64,000 nt of DNA from Vicugna vicugna (Eukaryota): positions 147,696-211,695 of the forward strand of contig MU058540.1 in NCBI GenBank assembly GCA_013265495.1. Direction: 5' to 3'. A program made the position numbers and the translations under genes. The stretch's first letter is position 1; each line of letters starts with the position of its first letter. Under the pieces are notes generated by a model, which was not told the origin of the DNA, searched no databases, and saw only the letters and a list, made by a program, of their open reading frames with translations. This document shows positions 1 to 13,100 of this stretch, piece by piece.

Positions 1-80
1 GCCTTGGACAAGTCACTTGCCTTCTCTATGACTCAGTTTCTTCATTGGAACCAAGGATCTTTAAGGTTCTTTCCAGCTCA
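1..80. mobile_element. MIR SINE fragment (PSMB9 intron 1); further MIR pieces at ~765-870 and ~1950-2110
   Basis: 'ccttggacaagtcacttgccttctctatgactcagtttcttcat' is the MIR core. Confidence 0.7.
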
Positions 81-840
81 ACAGAAGTAAAAAGTGTAGC
101 TTTTTTCTCCTTCACTTTTCCTTAATTCTTTTCCCTAATTCCTTTTATTGATCTGGAAAAGTCAGCTCAAGCTCCTCACATCCTCTCAGTACAGATCTCT
201 TTCCCTAGCTACTGAGATAGCTCTTTACCTCTTGATCAGAAATCCTTAAATGAAACCTTTATTTTAAGCCATCTCACATGATTCTTGCTGCTTCCCTCCT
301 TCCTTGACACGTGGTCCTGCTAACCGCTGACCCCAAGATGTTTTCCATTGTTCAGTAAACTGAAAGAGCTCACTTCTGATTAAGGAGGTGGGGGTGGATG
401 ATTCTGGGCTAAAAAAAAAGCTTGAGCTTGTTTCCCAAGGCCACAGTAACTTGCCGCTGGAGGGTCTGCGGCACATCTGTACATACAACAAGCACATGCA
501 GAGGTAACGCATTGTGCAGCTGCCTCACTGGTGCTTGGAAGGACCCCCTTGAACCCTTCACTCAGAGGGAGCACTTGTACGTCCAAGAGCCTCATCCCAC
601 CTCTCTCTTTACAGTGGAAAGGATACCACTTAGTCAGGTTGGGGCTTAGAGATGCCATTCTTTCTGCCTGATACCATGGCCAGGCTCTGACATTCCCTTG
701 CAGCCGGGAGAAACAATAGAGAAAGTGGAAAGATAAAGGGGGGGAAAACCATTCTGGGAGTCAGCTCTGGCCTAAATTACCATAAAACCTTGAGCCAGTC
801 ACTTCTTCTCTCTGAGAATGTTTCCTCATCTGTAACATGA

Positions 841-960
<120 letters not shown>

Positions 961-1699
961 TAAGTACCAGTGATGGTGTGTACCTTTGGAAGGAAACTAA
1001 TGGCCCCAAATGCACATTTTCCTTAACCACTCATGAAGAGACTGGTAAACTGGAGCTTTGGAGAAACTGAGTTAAACTTTCAGTAAGGCCTCTCTATTAA
1101 GATGCTGGGTGGGTGTTTGGATCTCTGAATTCATGGAGGAGAATCTGAGGCCTGAATGTGAATGTGGCCGGTCCCAGGGAATAAGGGAATAGGGTCTGAA
1201 AAGGGTTTAGGAGATAAAGATTTCCGGGCCCCTCCTTCCATCTATGTTTAGAGGTAGAAAAGTTGGTTCTGCCAAGTAGATTTCTGGTTTCTCATCCAAA
1301 GAGTACTGAACTAATTTTGTCTTTCTCCCTCCCAGCCAGGTTCCTTACATACAAAATAAATACATAGGATTAGATCAATATTACTCATTTTATGTTCCAT
1401 AGATCACATAAATTCCTTAAGATTGCTAATAGCAAAGAAAAATTATTAAGTGGAAGATTGGTCTTCACCGAGTATTTTTTATTTTACTATAAAAATCTAA
1501 GCCCAAAAAATAAGTCTAATTTTGATAATTATTTGCAGTGTTTCATTTGTTTGAGATGATTGCTTCCTGCTTTAATCCAGGCATTAAATTTCATGTGCTC
1601 CGAAGCTGTTCTTATGTCCAATAAATCTGAGACACACTGAAAGAGTAACATCAAAAAATTTGGCGAATCTAATGTTGATGACTGTTGACTCCTTGACAG

Positions 1700-1831
1700 A
1701 CAGGCGGTGGTAGACCGAGTGTTTGACAAGCTGTCGCCCCTGCACCAGCGTATCTACTGTGCTCTCTCTGGCTCAGCTGCTGATGCCCAGGCCATAGCTG
1801 ACACGGCCGCCTACCAGCTGGAGCTCCATGG
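1700..1831 (+). CDS. PSMB9: PSMB9 exon 3: [44 protein letters not shown]
   Basis: AG at 1698-1699, GT at 1832; 132 bp, in phase with exon 2; contains Lys33 and the beta1i S1-pocket residues F31, L45, A52. Confidence 0.97.
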
Positions 1832-2414
1832 GTACGAAGCTTTGGGGTCCTCAGTCCACCCTGGCTAGAGTTCCCCCAACAGGTGAACCCCTATATAGTG
1901 TCCCATCCCAGGAGCCCTACAGTTGGAAAATGAAAAATTCTTGTTTTGGCTCCTGCTTTTATTAGCTTTGAACTGGCACTTGAATCTCTCGAAGCTGGTT
2001 TCTGCACCTATAAAGTGGCGATAATTAATAGTACCCGCCCACCTTGCCAGATGGTTCTTTTGAGAATCAAATGATATATGTGAAAGCAGTTTGAAAACTG
2101 CAAATCACTATCTGAGTCTAAATCATGACGAAGAAAACGACAGTGTGGCCCACGATAATATCAGGCGGTGATGATGTGAGAAATCAAGGTCATCTGCTTT
2201 TACCCACATGGGCAGGATGCCTGCAGCCAGGAGACATGTCATGGTGGGGGTGGGTGGCAGTGGCAGTGGACAGAGTAAAGGAGGCAAACAATTGAAATCT
2301 TCTTACCAGCTGGTGACGTGAGACTCTGGTTCCCCTGTACACGTGGGAGTGGAGCTGGAGTTTGAATTATTGCAGCTCTAGGTTTCAGGTGTCACTTGGC
2401 AGGGATCATGGTAA

Positions 2415-2690
<276 letters not shown>

Positions 2691-2835
2691 TGAGTTCCAA
2701 AGGCACGGCCTCCAAAAGCATAGTAGAGCCTCAGTGGATAAGTGTATGAGGTGCAGGGGCTCAGCTGCAGAGTGTGGAGACCATCTGCTTTCTCAGTGGC
2801 AAGTAGAGGACTGATGTTTCTGTGGTCTGACCTGA

Positions 2836-2997
<162 letters not shown>

Positions 2998-3229
2998 TAA
3001 GCAAGTGGAAGGGTCCCTGTGGTGGTGGTTAACATGGGAAGGGAGTAGAGCACGAGGAACAGGAAGAGGAACACACGGGTGACCATTTAATTAAATGTCC
3101 AAACTGGGACACTTTGGAGAGTGAAAGGGGGTAGGACAAATGCTAAACTAGATGGGACTTCAGGACAAAAGGCATAAACCAGGATTGTTATGAGCACACC
3201 AAACTAAGATATATGGTGACCCCAAGAAC

Positions 3230-3421
3230 CAGTGGTGTGCTGGAGCTGGCTTGGACCAGCTCATAAGAGCCAATTGTTAAAGATTCAAGGATTTGTGAGC
3301 TGTGTGTTTATCTATTTATAACTTGAAATCAATGATGGTGGGATTATTGAGACCATGGACATCAGGAGATGCTACATATGAAGACCTTTTTTTTTTTTTT
3401 GAGTTGTTTACCAGTACACCA
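3230..3421. mobile_element. MER63-like hAT MITE in PSMB9 intron 5
   Basis: Starts cagtggtgtgctggagctggct, ends ccagtacaccac (terminal inverted repeat); family name by recall. Confidence 0.6.
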
Positions 3422-3480
3422 CCAAATGTGCATCTCTGGGAGATGGGTTTTGAAGTCTGAAAGTGGTAGTAAGCATATGA

Positions 3481-3681
<201 letters not shown>

Positions 3682-3712
3682 ATCTTCCTCAGACTTCCCT
3701 TGTTTACTTTGT

Positions 3713-3718
3713 AATAAA
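3713..3718 (+). terminator. PSMB9: PSMB9 polyadenylation signal AATAAA
   Basis: AATAAA 31 nt after the stop codon. Confidence 0.8.
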
Positions 3719-4899
3719 CTTTCTGGGGCCAGAACCTGGTATGGTCCATGGGTGCTCAGGGAGATGACGCTGGGGAAGGGGGCTTCCCTCCCAGATGTTA
3801 GCACATCCTTTTTATTCTTTTGTCCCCCGATCTAAACATCTTTCCCACAGGTAAGAGTGAGGATGGGAGGGAGTATACTAGAACAGGAAGAGCCCTGTAC
3901 ATCATGTACTGAGGGATTCTGAAACATTAGAAACAATACAAATTCCCATTCTGGCACCCAAGGGATGAAGCTGCAAGTGAAAAGCTGGGATTCATTCCTT
4001 CAAGGCTAAGACTGATAGGTAGCTAAGACAGCTACACACATGAGAATCAGCTTAGAGCACCAGCAAAGTCACATGTAAAAAATCCTTTCATAATGCATTC
4101 ACTCACATTAGAGACCAATACATGATAAATACTAAATATTGGGGGGGGCACTTGTGACTTTCAAAGAATAATAGCGATAACCAAAAAAGCTACATTTACT
4201 GAACGAGGCATTAGCTAAATGCTTTCAAACTTTACCTCTTAGAACCCAAACCAAAAACCTTATGTAGGTACGACTACTTCTTCCATGTAAGGAGAGATGG
4301 AGGCTTAGAAGGAGTAAGTTAAGGCAAGTTCAAAAGCTGAGATGCAGGATTTTGTTTACCATATGCCCTTCCTCTACCGCTACATAAAACTCTCCATTTC
4401 CTCAAGCTTCATATATCTGCTGCTCTTTGAAATCTGCAGTAATTAGTCCAGCCCATTATTTGGCACGTAGGAAGTTGTTGCTAGATGCCTGAGTAACTGT
4501 ATCAAACACGCGAGCTCCGGTCCTGTCTCTGCCGTGCTCTTCCTGAGTGACAGGACACATTCCCCTTCTCGGAGCCCTCATTTTCTCTTCTGTCAAAAAA
4601 AGGGCTGAGTGACTTCTACGGTGGTTTACAGCTTTGACATTCAATGCCATTTTGCTCACAAGTGAGCAGTTAGAGGTATATTTAACAGAAATACTAGTAG
4701 GCTACCCAGGAAGTTTCTGTCTGCTTTTCTTCCTAGATTTCAGGCCAAACATACAAATTCAAAGTACCGTAAAACACTCCCATGTCCTTGGGAGAGTGTA
4801 TTTGGTTTGGAGAAAAATAACCTACAATTACTAGCACCTTCAGTTCTTTCTAGACATGCTATTTAATTTACTTTAAAGTTACATGTAATAGCTTAAGAG

Positions 4900-7800
4900 C
4901 TTATCTCTCCTGCTGATCACAACTAGAAACTCTGCAAAGTAGACAAAAGAAAGTACTAAATGACTCTGAAAAATAAACAAAAGCAGGTAGAGTGAAGGGA
5001 GTCAAAACTTGGAAAGGCAATGCTCTGGGGGGAGGGTGTGTTCAATTTTTTTTCCTCTTGTGGTTCTGAGCTGAAGTCAGGCCTCGGCGGCAGAGCTGCA
5101 CTGCCGAGCTGAGTCTCCCAGGAAAACACCATCATTCTGGCCAGAGGCACTGAGAGAAGGAGCCCTTGTGGGCAGGAGCGTGAAGGGGACTCTCCCAGGT
5201 GAGAGCCCTGGAGAAGGGACCCCCCTAACTCTAGGTGTGAACACCCCTGAGCCGCACAGGTGCGCAGCACACCCAAAACAGCGCAGCAAAGGCTGTGAGG
5301 ACCGAATTAAGATGTAAACCTTTTGAAAGTAGGTGGCCATCTTTTTCTTCATTGGCCAAACAATTGTGTCCTTATGCCCCTCGTTCCAAAAAAGGTTGTA
5401 GCAGCGTATGGGACAGACACAATTTAAAAAGAAGGAGGAGGAATAGGAGGGGAAGAAGAAATTAGAGCAAAGACAAAATGAAGTTGAGAAATAAGTGAAG
5501 CCAAGGGGTAAAACTAATATACAACATGAATATCTTTTTTTAAAAAAGAAAAGTGATGCACTGGACCTGTCCTGAACAGCCTAACAAGAACAGACTGTAA
5601 AATAGCCAGGAATTGTGAACGGCAGGGGTCGCTTGACGTTGACCATTGTGGGAGTATTTATACTACAGAAACCAGCAATGTCAGAACTTTTTGGTTTTTT
5701 CCCCCTGGAGAGCCAGTTTAACAGGACACATGTTTATCAGCCAGCTACAGATGGATAAAAGAACACTGGCTCTGAGCTACAGGGCAATAAAAGCAAAAAA
5801 GGAGATGAAATCAGGTACAAGATGCAAAAGAGTCATTTAAAAATGAATCGTTCAAAACAACAATATACATACATGTGTGTATATATATATATACTTTTTC
5901 AAGTCACACAGGACATTTACTGAAATAGAATATGCATTATGCCATAAAGAATGCTCTAGCAAACTCCAAAAGTGTAATCTTTGAAACTACATTTTGCAGC
6001 CATACTGTATTAGATTAGAGCTTGAAAACAAAAGGACACCTAAAATCCTCATGGCTTGCAAACTAAGAAAATGTTGATAAGTAACATGGATTTAAAAGGT
6101 AGTCATAAAGGAAATTTACTCATTTAGAACTAGGTAATAAAAGTGATAAACAGCAAATTTTGTAGGGCAGAATAATATTCAGAATTTTACAGCTTCATAT
6201 ACATTTATTAGGGCAAAGAAGTTAAAAATAAATGACTTTAAAATTCTCCTAAAAATTTGTAAAAAGAGCATGTGAGCAAACCTAAAGAAACAAGAAGTTA
6301 GGAAATTACAAAGATAAGAAGAGAAAGCAATTTAATAGAGAACAGAAACTTATGTAGTGACGATTCACAAAACCAAAAGCTGCTTCTTAAAAAAATTTTG
6401 TAAGATATTCCGACTTCAAGCAAGACTGATCATGAATAAAGGGAAGGAAAAGTGAATAAACAAGATACAGAATGAAAAAAAGGGGGAGAGCTACAGATAC
6501 AACAGAGATATGAGACATAATAAAGGGTATTATAAGTAAGTATATGCTAATGGATTTGAAAACCTAGGTGAGATAGGCAAATTCGTAGAAAAATTTAATC
6601 TACCAAAAGTAGCACAAGGAGAAATAGAAAACTTGACTATACCTGTAAATATGAAGAAATGGAAAAAGTTGCCAGTGGCTTCTGGTAAAATTAATTTTTT
6701 TAACTGCCCAGACAGTTCTGCAGGTGAGTTCCAGCAAACATTCAAGGGACATGCAGCTCTTATCTGAGGTATTTTATTCCAGAATAGATTAAAAGATTAA
6801 AAGCTGCTCAGCTAATTTTATCAGGACAGCATAATCTTGATTCCAAACTGATGTATAGGAAATTCAAGGAAAGAAAATAATAGGCCCATTTCACCTTGCA
6901 CATAGTGGGAAAAAATAAATCATTATTTTATGAATTGAATTTCATGGTATTAAAATAATAATTCATCAAGAGCATATGGGAAATTCTTAGAAGCAAGGAT
7001 GCTTCAATATAACAAAATACACTACTATAATTCACCATACTCATAGACTGAAGAGGAAAAATCACCTGCTTTTCTCAATCAATTAAGAAGAGGCATTTTA
7101 TATAGTTAAATATGCATTTATGATTTTTGAAAAACAGTTAAGGAACTAGGAATCAAATAAGACTTTTCTTATCTTGGTAAAGGTTATATTCTTAGAAATC
7201 TATTAACAAGCAGCATACATAAGGAAAAGTTTTAGGTGTCCGAGACAAGAAAGCTCACTATAATTGCTAGCTCTGAATCCAGGCTAATGCGTAAGGAAGA
7301 AAGAGGAATGAGAGGACTGGATAAAACTATTATTATTTTCAGATCATAGGATCATTTACTTAGAAATGATAAACAACAACAGAAGCAGCAAATTACTAAA
7401 ATAACAAAAGACTTTTTCAAGATTTTTAGCCATAAGAACAACTTACAAAGATGCACAGCATTTCCCTACACCAGAAAAACCAATAAAAAATCAGAAATCA
7501 TGTACAATAGCCAAAAAACGATAAAGTATCTACTGATTAACTTAATTAAGAAATTGTAGAAAATGTAAAATTCTAAAAAAGTCATTGAATATGATTTGAA
7601 ATAATGCAGAGTCATTTTGCATTCTCAGCTAGGATCATAATCTTATAAAGATATCCAGTTGCCCCCAATTTAATCTTTAAATTGAATATAATCCTAATTG
7701 AAGCTCCATTTGATCTTTTCAAGGAAATTTATAAATTTACTCTAAAATATATATGACAGAATAAAGGCCCTTAGATAGCTAAGTAAGCCTTTAAGAAAGA

Positions 7801-8700
7801 ACAATATAAAGGGGAAACTTGTCTTAGGAAACATTAAGACAGTCTAGGGAACTATAATTATTAAAAAGACATGCTAAGAATCCAGCAGTTTTGTTTTTCT
7901 TTTAGTAAGTTAATAAGGGAGCAGAATTCCAAACTGAGGTATGGAAATCACTGAGAGACAAACTCATACATATACAGGAACCTAATATAGAATAAAGTTT
8001 ATGCTATAAAATAATGGGGACATTATGGATTATTTAATACATATTATTAGAAAAAAAATGGCTCTTGATATAAAGAAAAACAAAGCTGGATCCTGATCTA
8101 ATGGCACATACAATAGGCTAAGGTGAGGTGAAGCCACAAAAGAAAAATGTGAAGCTTTAACTGTAATAAAACAAAACATAAAAATTATCTTTGTGACCAG
8201 GGACAGGGAAGGATTTCTTTATATAAAACCCTCAAAATCATACTGAGAAATATTTATTATTTCATTATGTCAAAACTGAAGGGTTTTTTAATAAACAGAG
8301 AGAAAGGACAACTCTAATAAACAAGTAACAGAATAAGAGAGGGTATTTGCATTGTCTAAAACCAACCAGGGATATTATTGAGAATATACAATGAACTGCT
8401 GCAAATCAACAACAAAAATGTGGCAACTCCTAAAGAAAAATGCACCAAGGACACAGACATGGACTTTACAGAAGAGAAAAACAAAAAGGTAACAAGCATT
8501 TGAAGAGATAAGCTCAACAATAATCACAGGAAAACAAATGTATACATTAATTCATAACTAATAGACTGAAAAACATTAGACAGTTAGATAATGACAAATG
8601 TTAGTGAGGAAACAGGGGTGAAGGAAGCCCCCTGCTCTGCTTGTGGAAATATAAACTGGTGTGGCATTGTAGACAGAATTCTGTGACACCTAATCAAGTG
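4900..8700 (+). mobile_element. Old, highly degraded L1M (5'UTR-like piece ~4900-5330; ORF2/3' remnants ~5880-8700)
   Basis: A-rich sense strand with recognisable ORF2 landmarks (gaaatagaaaacttga, caaggatgcttcaatat, gaatatacaatgaact); many stops. Confidence 0.75.
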
Positions 8701-10199
8701 AAGAACATCCTAGGCAGTTTTAAAGGACACCTTTTCTTCTGTAACCCAGCACAGATACAGATGGGAGCCAAACCTAGGGTTTGATGATAAAGGTTGTGAA
8801 GTTGTAGAGCAATTAATTGCTTAACTCCACTAAGGTAAGGCCACTGGTTGGGATGGATTTGAGCCCTGAGATATGAAATGGGGACATATGAGCAGACATA
8901 GAGAAATCTGAGAAGCGAAAATCACCGTATCCTCCAAAATATCTTTGCTGGAAGAAGATAACTGGATTAGTTATCTATTGTTGTGTCATACCCCTGCATT
9001 AGTTACCTATTGCTGTGTAACAAATGACACCGTAACGTAACAGCTTAAAATACAAACATTTACTATTGGGCATTATTGGGACAATAGGGGAAATTTGAAT
9101 ACAGATGGTATATTTGATAATAGTATGTCAATGTTAAGTATCTTGGAGGTGATGATGTTACAATGGTCATGTTGGAGAAATGTCCTCATTCTTAAAATAC
9201 ACATGCCAATCTATTTCAAGGTAAAGTGTCATAATGTCCAAAAATTTTCTCAAATGGCTTACTAAAACAGTCCCTCAACAGTAAAGGGATAAATAAAATG
9301 TAGTATATTGATACATTAGAATACTGTATAAGTAAAACATATTAATGAATTACTGATGCAACAACATGGATAAATCTCATAGAAATAATACTGAGGGAAG
9401 AAGCCAGACACATGCAAAAATACACAATATTTGTTTTAGTTTTCTATTGTTGTGGAGCAAACCACCCCTAAACCTTGTGGCTTAAAACAAAAACAGTCAT
9501 GTTATTGTTTCTAGTGAGTCCATGGGTTAATGGGACTTTAAGAACCACTGATATAAGAATGTGAAAACAAATATGTGTATGCATATGTATGACTGAAACA
9601 TTATGCTGTACACCAGAAACTGACACATTATAACTGACTATATTTCAATTTTAAAAAATACAGCCACTGGTGTAGCCCATGAACCAAAGCCCTTATTCAC
9701 AGCAGCCATTCCATACAGCACCTCACATTTCATGTAAGGACTCTGGTTATGTGTCCCATCAGATTCGAAACTTCAGAATACTGTAAAAAATTTTCCCTAC
9801 CTTATTAGTCCTGCCTCCCCACAATATAATTCAGAAAACCCGCTCCCCCCAGCCCGCTTTGACACTAGGGCACCAGTACAGGACCTAAGTCCCACCAATC
9901 AAATTCATGCTCCTGAGACTTCAAAACTGAGCAACGGAAGGTAATGGGGATCCACCCTGTGTTCATTTCACTGGCAAAGGTGACAGAAAAAGCAACTGGC
10001 TTTAGAAGAAGCAGTGGTATAAAAAAAAAAAAAGGTGAAGTTCCTGCAACGGAAGTGGCTTAGAAGTGTCTTCAGTGGTGAGTGCAGTGAAGTCCCGTCC
10101 CTAACGACAGAGCAAAGAGCAACACCTGGAAGCAACAGTGAAGTGGCTTATCAGACTTGTTCTGGGGAGTGTGTTTTATCTGTTTATAATGAGCCTCTC

Positions 10200-13100
10200 A
10201 TATGTTGTTCCAGCATTTCCACTCCAAAAGCCTAATTCTGAGAGAAATGTATTTGTTAGACTTTTCCAAGTGTTACCAAACTCATGAATGAGGAATCAGG
10301 AAGACTACCAGAGACTGGATTCAAAGAGTATTTGCAAAACAAAGATTTACATAGTCAGGAAAAATTGCAGTGTTAGAGATTCAGAATGGTTAATGCACTA
10401 CAAAGCAATAAAACCATAACCTTGGAGTTATCTTCTTTACCAGAGTAAAAGCAAAGCCAACATTCCTTATCAGCTTTCTACAGATTAACCTCTAATAGTA
10501 CAGGGCCAGCAGAGTTCTTTTTAATCAAGTTACAACTCCTAAAACACTCGAATTTTGATCAGGCAGGATTCTGAGAAAATGTTCAAGTATGATGTTAAAT
10601 AATCAAGAAAGCAAAGTTTTCCCTTATTCCCAACTTTTGGAACATTTTTCCTGCACAATTTCTATCCCCAAGGTACAGGATTAACCAAATAAGATTTTCC
10701 AGGAACATTCTAACTCAGTATCTTTCATTTGACAAGCTCTTTTGTTTGGCCTGTTTTAGGATTAAGACATGAAGCTCCTTGTGTAGTTAACAAAACAAAT
10801 ATCTTATGATATTAAGACTAGAGAGTTCACATCTTCTGGAATGCTTTAGAGTTCACATCTTCTGGAATGCTTTAGCCCATAAGGTCATAGTTTTAATTAC
10901 TCCTGTGATAACCAAAAATAATTTTATTACCACTCATCAGTTCACTGATTCCAAGAACCCTTCCCCAACCCATGTTCTCAGAGCTCTGCTTATAGAGCTT
11001 ATAACTGTGGATGAAATCCCTTTTTCTCTGAGATGCCTGAAGTTCACAGTGATCCTGGCTTGTCAGAAGTTAACATCCCTTCCCACCTGTCAGATGGGGA
11101 CTTAGTAAACTAGAGCCGGTGTGCTAAGAGGGTTTTGCAGACCTTGTTTCCGAATACAAACTGAAGTCTTTCCTCTTATTAGTGACTTGTCAAACCCAAT
11201 TAAATGAGATGTTCCTTTAAATGTGACATCTCTGGCATGCTCAGGATTCCAAATTTGGGGATATGAACCACTGCATATCACTACGTTGTCATAAAAACAT
11301 AAAGCAACCCATAAAAGTACTCCACATAGTGTTTGCAGGGAAGAACTACACACCAGGTATTCATTAGAATCATATATTCCTATGGAATCCGTATTACTTA
11401 TATATATATATATATATATTTCTATAGAATCATATATTCCACCAGTGATGCTGTCTACAAAAATATGTCATCGTCTATAGAAGTGTGGTACTCACAAGAT
11501 TTGACTCCATGTCCTTTAACAAAGGATAGCTGAGATTTTTCTCAACTTAAAAATTATAGGGTAGAGGGTGGGAAGGGATAGACTGGGATTTCAAAATTGT
11601 AGAATAGATAAACAAGATTACACTGTACAGCACAGGGAAATATACACAAAATGTTATGATAAATCACAGAGAAAAAAATGTGACAATGAGTGTGTATATG
11701 TCCATGAATGACTGAAAAATTGTGCTGAACACTGGAATTTGACACAACATTGTAAAATGATTATAAATCAATAAAAAATGTTAAAAAAAATTATAAAAGC
11801 CCGGGTCAAAATTCCAGTTAATAGGGTCACCATATTTAATTTTTCTTGAGTTTTTATACTCTGTAGTCTGTATTAAGAATTACCATAGGATATTTTTTCC
11901 TGAATTCTGAGGTTCTATTGGAACAAGACACCATTCAAAAAAACATTTGGTTTCAGTTTCCACAAGCATAGGCTAAAGTTGAGGATTATAGCTAGATAAG
12001 AAAGTAAACTGGTTTGCTCATATGCTCATCAGAAAATGGAACATTTAAAATAATATCCTAAAACAACTATAATTAAATCACTATAATTAAATATTGGTTA
12101 AGAGTTTGATTCAGTCTTATTATTTGTTCCATTCATCTGCGGCCGGTAGACTACATTAATGATTTCATCTGCTCCTGTACTGAAACAGCCCTATAAATTC
12201 CAATTTTTAAGTCCCCTGGTACAGTTTGACAAGTGTCAAGAGGTGGCAATGTCAGCTTAAACTGGTAAGTTTGTTCTCATAATTCTACTCTCTGCAATAC
12301 CAAGAATCAAGAAAACCTGATAGTCATTTCCACAGGGCCTCTGAAATTGTCCTTTTCTGTTATTTCTCTCAGAAGATCTAATTTTTGATGACAGCTTATA
12401 GCAGAGAGTTTCAGGCAAGCATGAGAAAACATCGGTTTGTAACAAGACCGATGGCACTGTTTAATTTATCACAGTAACCGACAATATCAGAATAGAAGGA
12501 TTAGAATCTAGAGAGCTCACAATTTCACTAAGACTGACTACCCCTTACTCCGAAGGTAAGTACACATTCTAGACTGTGAGGAGCACTGGCAACTCTCCAG
12601 GACTTCTAGTCCAGTCTGAAAAGTGCAGATTAGAATTCCTGCCATTTGACAAGGGTATTTTAAACCCAGAAACAAAATCTTATCTAAAATAAATATATTC
12701 AAATCACCATGCCAGGCTTGGAATATGAACAAGAATATGCTTTTACCCTTTCAGAAACATAGTCATTAAAACACACATTAACAATATTTTTACTTGGACA
12801 AGATTCATTAAGGAAAAGTTGAGCTCCTGTTTTTTTTTGTCAGCTTTCTCCACATTGTGGATTCAATACATAGAGTAACTCTTTTGATAGCACAGAATTA
12901 ATTTAAAGTATACAAAGCATGCCAAATGTACCTAATTACTTCTGGCCACCTTAATTTTATGATGAAAGATTAAGCCTTTGGCGCTACCTAGTGGTCAAAT
13001 GGGTAGTTGTTGCTACCTAATGGGAAAAGGTTTTGGGGTTTTTTTGGTTTTTTTCTTTTTTAAGTAAAAGATAGCTTGACAGCTTTCATATTTTCAATTC

